DNA from: a bacterium
GTDB taxonomy: Bacteria; BMS3Abin14
DNA: 64,000 nt
Reading direction: 5' to 3'
Assembly (NCBI GenBank): GCA_020350725.1
Contig: CP070719.1
Location: 1,579,404 to 1,643,403 of the forward strand
Position numbers and translations under genes: made by a program. The number at the start of each line of letters is the position of its first letter. The first letter of the stretch is position 1. The notes beneath the pieces were generated by a model that did not search any database, was not told where the DNA came from, and worked only from the letters and a program-made list of their open reading frames with translations. Shown here piece after piece: positions 58,113 to 64,000 of the stretch.

Positions 58113-58319
58113 ATGAACCCCAAAGCCGAGGAAATACGCATCCGCTACCTGAACCGGAGGAAGGTCCTGACGGGCGAAGTTAAGGTCCGCCTGGCGGCGG
58201 CCAGGAGGCTGGTCGGTCCCGACTGCGCCTATCACCTCTACGGGTTCCTCAAGGCGGCGGATCTGGAAGAAGACAAACCCAGATCCGGGATCCAAGGCCC
58301 AAAAGCCAAAATCAAGTAG
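58113..58319 (+). CDS. hypothetical small basic protein (68 aa)
   Basis: Intact ORF following an AT-rich region. No family recognised. Could be spurious. Confidence 0.25.
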   Translation: MNPKAEEIRIRYLNRRKVLTGEVKVRLAAARRLVGPDCAYHLYGFLKAADLEEDKPRSGIQGPKAKIK

Positions 58320-58449
58320 AAAACCGGAGCATTCCTGACCCTGAAGTTACCGGGATTGTCTCGAGTACTTCCACCTCTGATTCCGGAGAACTCAGACTTC
58401 AAACCCCAAACACCTTCCTCCCTTTCCACTTTCCCCTGAGAAAGCAGTC

Positions 58450-60270
58450 TCAATCCTCGTAGAGTGCGTCCAGCACCGGCCCGAACTTCTCTGAGACAAC
58501 CTTTCTCTTCACCTTCATCGTCGGGGTCAGTTCCCCCTCCTCCTCGGACAGTTCACGGTCAAGGAGGTGGATCCTCTTCACCCTCTCGAAGGAGGCCAGA
58601 TCCCCCGTCCTCGCCCCGATGCGCTCCATGAGGAGGTCGTAAAGCCGTCTGTTGGAGGAGAGGGCTTCGGGGGTCAGGTCCTCCCCGGAAAGCCCTTCAA
58701 GACCTATCTGATGGGCCATGGCGGCTATCCGCTCGTAGTTCGGGACCACCAGGGCGGTAAGGAAATTCCTCCCATCCCCGTAGACCATGACCTGGTTGAT
58801 CAGGTCGTCCTCCACGATGAGGTTCTCGACCACCGCCGGAGAGACGTTCTTGCCGCCTGAGGTAACCAGTATGTCCTTTTTGCGGCCGGTGATCCTGATG
58901 TAGCCGTCCTCGATCTCCGCGAGATCGCCGGTGTGCAGCCAGCCGTTCCGTATCGCCCCTGATGTGGCGGCAGGATCGTTGTCATAACCGAGCATGACGT
59001 TGGGACCGGCGACGAGGAGCTCGCCGTCCTCGGCGATCCTGACCTCGATGCCGGGCAGGGGCCTGCCCACCGTCCCCGGCCTGAGGGCCCCCAGCGGGTT
59101 GACCGATACCACGGGTGCGGCCTCCGTCAGGCCGTAGCCCTCCATGATCTGGATTCCGGCAGCCAGGAAGAACTCGATGATCTCCGGAGCGAGCGGCGCC
59201 CCGCCGGAGACGAAAAACCGCAGCCGCCCGCCCAGCTTGGCCTTGAGCCTGGAGAAAACCATGCGGTCGGCGATACGGTATTTCAGCTCCAGTAGCGGTC
59301 CCGGCCTTTTACCGGACATGAGCAGGCCGTTGCGAGTCCTGCCCACGCCCATGCCCCAGTGGAAGATCTTCTGCCTGATGGCCGGTGCCTGCCGCAGGGC
59401 GTCGAGCACTTTGGTGTGGAGTTTCTCGAAAAACCGGGGTACCGAGATCATCACGGTGGGTTTCACCTCGGGCAGATTGTCCGCCACCCGCAGCATGGAG
59501 GTGGCGTAGGCGATGGTCGCCCCGGCCATGATCATGAGGAACTGTCCGACGGTTCGTTCGAAAACGTGGCTGAGGGGCAGGAAACTCAGGTGGATGTCCC
59601 CGGGGCCGACCGGCTGGGCGGAAAGACCCGCCTGGGCATCGAACAGGATATTGCCGTGGGTGAGCATCACCCCTTTCGGGTCACCGGTGGTCCCGGATGT
59701 GTAGATGATGGTGGCCACGTCGCCCGGCCCGGCGGAATCGATCCGTTCGTCGAGCTCCCTGCCGCCGGCCGCGAGGAAATCCGCGCCCTTGAGCTTGAGT
59801 GTGCCGTAGTCCATGGAGCACTCTCCGGCGTCGTCAACGCCGACAGGGTCCAGGGAGATGATGGTGTCCAGCAGGGGGCTGCACGACAAAAGCATCTCGG
59901 CCTGGTCCGATCGGGCGACAAAGGCGACCCGGGCACCCGATCTACCCAGGATCCGGTCGGCCTGCACCAGGGGTATGGTGTGGTAGATGGGGATGGTGAT
60001 GGCCCCGGCGGCCATGATGGCCAGGTCGGTCACCAGCCACTCCGGGCGGTTGTAAGCCATGACGGCCACCCTGTCCCCCTGCTTGACCCCGATGGCGACC
60101 AAGCCCGCCGCCGCCTCGCGGATCTGGGAAGCTATCTCCTCCCAGCTGATGGGCCGGTAGAAGCCGCTCTTTCCCTCCAGAACGGATGCCGCCCTGCCGA
60201 GGCGCTCCGCCTGGGCGAAGTACATCCGGGGTAAAGTGCCGTAGGTTTCGACCGCGTCCTGGTCATTCAC
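58450..60270 (-). CDS. fadD: long-chain fatty-acid--CoA ligase (AMP-binding)
   Basis: AMP-binding signature IYTSGTTGDPKGVMLTH. 606 aa. Last gene of the fad operon. Confidence 0.88.
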   Translation of the reverse strand: MNDQDAVETYGTLPRMYFAQAERLGRAASVLEGKSGFYRPISWEEIASQIREAAAGLVAIGVKQGDRVAVMAYNRPEWLVTDLAIMAAGAITIPIYHTIPLVQADRILGRSGARVAFVARSDQAEMLLSCSPLLDTIISLDPVGVDDAGECSMDYGTLKLKGADFLAAGGRELDERIDSAGPGDVATIIYTSGTTGDPKGVMLTHGNILFDAQAGLSAQPVGPGDIHLSFLPLSHVFERTVGQFLMIMAGATIAYATSMLRVADNLPEVKPTVMISVPRFFEKLHTKVLDALRQAPAIRQKIFHWGMGVGRTRNGLLMSGKRPGPLLELKYRIADRMVFSRLKAKLGGRLRFFVSGGAPLAPEIIEFFLAAGIQIMEGYGLTEAAPVVSVNPLGALRPGTVGRPLPGIEVRIAEDGELLVAGPNVMLGYDNDPAATSGAIRNGWLHTGDLAEIEDGYIRITGRKKDILVTSGGKNVSPAVVENLIVEDDLINQVMVYGDGRNFLTALVVPNYERIAAMAHQIGLEGLSGEDLTPEALSSNRRLYDLLMERIGARTGDLASFERVKRIHLLDRELSEEEGELTPTMKVKRKVVSEKFGPVLDALYED

Positions 60271-62387
60271 GGGTAGAACACCTTTCCTTCCTTTGCCATT
60301 TGAACGAGAGACCCGGCGGGGGAGAACCGGTGCCCCGCTTCCTCGCTGAGCTTGCCCAGTGTCTCCGTCACCCTGACGGCCCCCGCGGAATCAGCATACC
60401 GTAACAGCCCTCCTGTGAAGGGCGGAAAGCCCGCCCCGAGGACCATGGCCGCGTCCACGGCCTCCGGTGTATTCACGACATCCTCCTCGAGGACCAGCGC
60501 CGCCTCATTGATCATGGGATAGATGAGCCGGTGCACGATCTCCTCCGGGGTAAAGGACCTGGTCCCCTTGATATGGGGGGCCAGGATGTTTTTGACGGTG
60601 GGATCCGGCTGACGGTTTCCGGCCCTGTCGTAAAGGTAGAAACCCTTGCCGGCCTTCTTTCCCAGCCTGCCGGCCTCGATCATGGCCTGAAAGATCGGCG
60701 ATGGGGTCATCCTGTCGCCGAACCCCTCGAACATGCTCCTTCCCGCGTGGGACGCGATGTCCAGGCCAACCTGGTCCAGGAGGTAATAGACGCCCATGGG
60801 CATGCCGAAGTCCATCAGGGCCCGGTCCACACTTTCGATGTCAGCGCCCTCCTCGAGGAGCACGGCGGCCTCGTTCATGTAGGGCAGAAGCAGGCGATTG
60901 ACCAGGAATCCCGGCCTGTCCCTGACGACCACGGGCACCTTGCCCAGGAGCCGAGCGAAGGCGGCCGTCCTTTCCACTGTTGCATCGGAGGTCCTCTCGC
61001 CCCTGATCACCTCCACGAGCGGCATGCGGTCCACGGGGTTGAAGAAATGCAGACCGGCCACCCGTTCCGGATGAGGGACGTCCTCGGCCATCCGGGTGAC
61101 CGACAGGGAGGACGTGTTGGTTAGGATGAGGGTGTCATCGGAGACCTTGGCCGCCGCCTCGGCGAAGACCGCTTTCTTGACATCCATACGCTCGGCCACA
61201 GCCTCGATGACCACGTCGGCACTTCCGATCCAGCGCATGCCGGTATCGGGGCTGATCCGGGTGGGGATCCACTGGGCATCGATGTCCGTGTATCGGCCTT
61301 TCCGTCTCTTGGTCGCGACGTCGTGATGGAGGAATCTCATGGCCGAGCCCAGGGCCCCGTCTGACCTGTCCACCAGGCGGACGTTCAGGCCGTGTTCCGC
61401 CGCCAGGGCGGCGATCCCCCCTCCCATGGCGCCGGCGCCGATCACCGAGAGGTCGGCGATCCCCGCCGCCGGGGATTTGTCCCCCCTGGCGAAAGACTCC
61501 CTCAGGTGAAAGACCCCGATGAGCCTCTTGGAGACCTCCGTGACCGCCATCTCGCCGAGGATGCGGGCCTCGTAGGCCAATCCCTTTTCCATGCCGTGGT
61601 TGAGACCGTACTCAACGGCAGCGATGGCGGCCAGGGGGGCGGGATAGTGGCTGCGGGTTTTCTCGATCACCGCCCTGCGGGCCCTGTTGGCGATGACCTT
61701 CCGGCCCGGTCGAAACCTCTCCATATTCTCTTCCACGACCCTGCCGAGCGTTCTTTTTCGTTTTCCTGTACTCAGCCGGCCCTCGACGGCCGCCATGGCC
61801 GCGTCCAGGAGATGTTCCGTCGCGGTGACCTCGTTGACGAGGCCGATCCTCTTTGCCTGTCCCGCATAGACGGGCGAACCGGTTGTGATCATGCGCAGCG
61901 ACTCGGCGAGCCCCACCAGCCGGGGCAGGCGCTGCGTGCCCCCGAAACCGGGTATGATCCCCAGCTGTGTCTCGGGCAGCCCGAGGAAAGTTCCCGCCGA
62001 GTCGCTGACCACCCGATAGTCGCAGGCCAGGGCGAACTCGAGGCCTCCTCCGAGGCAGGAGCCGTTGATGGCCGCCGCGGTGGGAACGGGAAGCGACGCC
62101 AGGCGGTCGAAGACCCGCTGGCCTTTTGCGGCCAGTTCGGCTCCCCTAACGGCGTCGTCGATCCCCTCGATAAGGGACAGGTCGGCTCCGGCGATGAAGT
62201 TGTTCCCCTTCCCGGAGATGAATATCGCTCCCCGGAGGGCGTCCGCCATTTCCTCCAGGTCGCTCAGGAGAACATTCAGCTCCTCCAGGACCTCGAGATT
62301 GAGGATATTGACCTTCGATCCGGGAAGGTCGAGGGTGACGACGGCCACCCCGTCCAGGATGTTGAAAGAGAGGGCGTTCACGGTCAT
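60267..62387 (-). CDS. fadJ: fatty acid oxidation complex alpha subunit (enoyl-CoA hydratase / 3-hydroxyacyl-CoA dehydrogenase)
   Basis: N-terminal crotonase fold. Central NAD-binding VIGAGAMGGGIA. C-terminal 3HCDH domains. 706 aa. 4-nt overlaps with its neighbours. Confidence 0.9.
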   Translation of the reverse strand: MTVNALSFNILDGVAVVTLDLPGSKVNILNLEVLEELNVLLSDLEEMADALRGAIFISGKGNNFIAGADLSLIEGIDDAVRGAELAAKGQRVFDRLASLPVPTAAAINGSCLGGGLEFALACDYRVVSDSAGTFLGLPETQLGIIPGFGGTQRLPRLVGLAESLRMITTGSPVYAGQAKRIGLVNEVTATEHLLDAAMAAVEGRLSTGKRKRTLGRVVEENMERFRPGRKVIANRARRAVIEKTRSHYPAPLAAIAAVEYGLNHGMEKGLAYEARILGEMAVTEVSKRLIGVFHLRESFARGDKSPAAGIADLSVIGAGAMGGGIAALAAEHGLNVRLVDRSDGALGSAMRFLHHDVATKRRKGRYTDIDAQWIPTRISPDTGMRWIGSADVVIEAVAERMDVKKAVFAEAAAKVSDDTLILTNTSSLSVTRMAEDVPHPERVAGLHFFNPVDRMPLVEVIRGERTSDATVERTAAFARLLGKVPVVVRDRPGFLVNRLLLPYMNEAAVLLEEGADIESVDRALMDFGMPMGVYYLLDQVGLDIASHAGRSMFEGFGDRMTPSPIFQAMIEAGRLGKKAGKGFYLYDRAGNRQPDPTVKNILAPHIKGTRSFTPEEIVHRLIYPMINEAALVLEEDVVNTPEAVDAAMVLGAGFPPFTGGLLRYADSAGAVRVTETLGKLSEEAGHRFSPAGSLVQMAKEGKVFYP

Positions 62388-63670
62388 GTCCTTCTGAACA
62401 GGACAGCCGCTCCCTGCCCGCCCCCGACGCAGAGGGTGGCAAGACCGAGATCGACCTCGCGGCGCCGCATCTCCAGGAGGAGGGTCAGGATGATACGTGT
62501 CCCGGATGAACCGACGGGATGGCCCATGGCGATGGCTCCGCCGTTGACGTTCAAGATGGTTCTGTCAATGGCCCCGATGGCCCTGCATCCCAGGAAGTGC
62601 TCCGATAGACTGTCATCGGCGAAGACCATCTCGTTGGCGATGATCTGGGCGGCGAAGGCCTCGTTCATCTCCATGAGGCCGATCTCCGAATACTCCATTC
62701 CGGTCTTCTCCAGGAGAAGGGATGTGGCGTAGGACGGCCCCAGGCCCATCCGCTTCGGTTCCAGGCCGGCGAAGGAGTGGTCGACCAGATAACCAATGGG
62801 TTCAAGACCCAGTCTGGCGGCCGCTGTCTCGGTGGTGACGAGGACGGCCGCCCCCCCGTCGGTGATCTGAGACGCGTTGCCCGCTGTGACGGAGCCGTAC
62901 GTCCGGTCGAAGACCGGCCTGAGCTTGGCCAGCTGCTCCATGGTCTGGTGGGGGCGAATGCCGTTGTCGAATGAGATCCGGCCTTCAAAATTCGGGGGCG
63001 CGAACACCGGCATGATCTCCTCTGCGAACCGTCCCTCCTCGTGGGCCGCCGCCGCCCGCTGATGGCTCAGCAGGGCCAGTTCGTCCTGGGCCTGCCGGCT
63101 GATCCCGAGCTCCCTGGCCAGGACCTCGGCGGTCTGGCCCATGTTGAGGCCGCATGTGGGATCGGTCAGACCGAGCAGGAGGCCGACGCGGGGCGTGAAA
63201 TGTCTGGGCCGCACGGTCTTCAGGATGGAGAGTTTTTCCTTCCACGACATCGCCCGCTGGTATTTCGTCAGGATCTCGGCGGTCTCCTGCTGGAGAAAGA
63301 GGGGGATGTTGGTCATCGACTCCACTCCGCCGGCGACGACAACCTCGGCCTCGCCGGTGGCGATGGACTGGGCGGCGGAGATCACGGATTGGATTCCCGA
63401 GGCGCAGTTTCGGTGGACGGTGTAGGCCGGGACATTCTCCGGAACGCCTGCGTACAGGGAGATGACCCGGGCCACGTTCACCGCCTCGGGAGGCTGGGCC
63501 ACGTTGCCGATGATCACCGAATCCACCTCATCCGGGTCGATCCCGGTTCGAGCGATGAGCTCGGAGACCACCAGGCGGCCCAGGTCCGCGGCCGTCAGGT
63601 CCTTGAAGAGGGTGCCGGCTTTGATATAAGGGGTTCTCACCCCGCCCGCTATGACGATCCGATCGCTCAT
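62384..63670 (-). CDS. fadA: acetyl-CoA C-acyltransferase (3-ketoacyl-CoA thiolase)
   Basis: Thiolase fold with active-site Cys region (NCASGIQ), the His motif, and the C-terminal CVGGGQG. Confidence 0.9.
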   Translation of the reverse strand: MSDRIVIAGGVRTPYIKAGTLFKDLTAADLGRLVVSELIARTGIDPDEVDSVIIGNVAQPPEAVNVARVISLYAGVPENVPAYTVHRNCASGIQSVISAAQSIATGEAEVVVAGGVESMTNIPLFLQQETAEILTKYQRAMSWKEKLSILKTVRPRHFTPRVGLLLGLTDPTCGLNMGQTAEVLARELGISRQAQDELALLSHQRAAAAHEEGRFAEEIMPVFAPPNFEGRISFDNGIRPHQTMEQLAKLRPVFDRTYGSVTAGNASQITDGGAAVLVTTETAAARLGLEPIGYLVDHSFAGLEPKRMGLGPSYATSLLLEKTGMEYSEIGLMEMNEAFAAQIIANEMVFADDSLSEHFLGCRAIGAIDRTILNVNGGAIAMGHPVGSSGTRIILTLLLEMRRREVDLGLATLCVGGGQGAAVLFRRT

Positions 63671-64000
63671 CTCGATCCGCCTCCTTCATTCGGTTCCCGG
63701 TGGCCGGTTTCCCTGGCCGAGACCAGGTCGGTAAAGACCCTGCGCCCGGCTGATTCCAACCCATTGTTTCTGATCCGGAGATCATCCCGGAGGGTCCGTG
63801 CGGCCTCCTCTGTGAGATATCGGAGCCGGTTCAGATCGGTCGATATGTCCTCTCCGTCTTTCTTCCGTGCGTCGATGAGCGCCAGGGAGGCCAGCAGGCC
63901 GTAAAGGGCAAGGCTCAGGCGGGAGACCCGACGGAGGAAGAATTCATGACCCACCACGTCCCTGCCGTATTTCATCAGGCCGAGGTGGACCATCTTTCTC
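63667..64000 (-). CDS. 3' end of a gene running off the window (probably the first fad-operon gene, possibly an acyl-CoA dehydrogenase)
   Basis: Frame is open to the window edge. Its stop overlaps the fadA start. Identity inferred only from operon context. Confidence 0.35.
   Translation of the reverse strand, partial: RKMVHLGLMKYGRDVVGHEFFLRRVSRLSLALYGLLASLALIDARKKDGEDISTDLNRLRYLTEEAARTLRDDLRIRNNGLESAGRRVFTDLVSARETGHREPNEGGGSR

Overview
This 64 kb window is high-GC (about 60-63%), densely coding chromosomal DNA made up mostly of housekeeping genes. The gene content (AcnB, a lexA-dinB SOS operon of the Geobacter type, an archaeal-style split glutamate synthase, a fadD-fadJ-fadA beta-oxidation operon, a PilW-like TPR protein next to RodZ, a second EF-G) is consistent with an anaerobic deltaproteobacterium (Desulfobacterota-like), though the lineage cannot be proven from sequence alone.

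Genes identified with confidence:
- DNA repair and SOS: recG (5' partial), recO, lexA, a translationally coupled 84-aa unknown ORF, dinB, tag.
- Translation and RNA: ndk, rlmN, rpoH, rnc, era, glyQ, glyS, a second EF-G paralog, one tRNA-Met(CAT).
- Envelope and protein folding: degP/htrA, an ABC exporter ATPase plus large permease, two parvulin/SurA-like PPIases, slyD, mltF, a PilW-like TPR lipoprotein, a RodZ-like protein.
- Chromosome and SRP: smc, a Roadblock/LC7 protein translationally coupled to smc, ftsY.
- Metabolism: nadB coupled to a small AroQ chorismate mutase, nadE, acnB, a five-gene ferredoxin / FAD-oxidoreductase / split GltS cluster, an FMN reductase, an MPGP-family HAD phosphatase, dgt, mgtE, the fad operon.
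- Small or poorly characterised proteins: two small c-type cytochromes, a two-CW cysteine-rich protein, a DUF4031 protein, pirin, a patatin-like lipase.

I found no CRISPR array, rRNA, transposase, integrase or recognisable defence island.

The most unusual feature is non-coding. Almost every intergenic spacer is built from degenerate tandem heptanucleotide arrays (about 4-19 units of 7 bp, each with its own unit sequence). Several of these are organised as inverted arrays that form long imperfect hairpins. One such element is duplicated together with the last 22 bp of glyS, and another frames an AT-rich 215-bp cassette carrying a 21-bp palindrome.

Several long ORFs in the six-frame track are antisense to clear housekeeping genes and are rejected as GC-driven artefacts. 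ORF-track start codons include GTG/TTG, so several starts were re-assigned to internal ATGs that have Shine-Dalgarno sequences.
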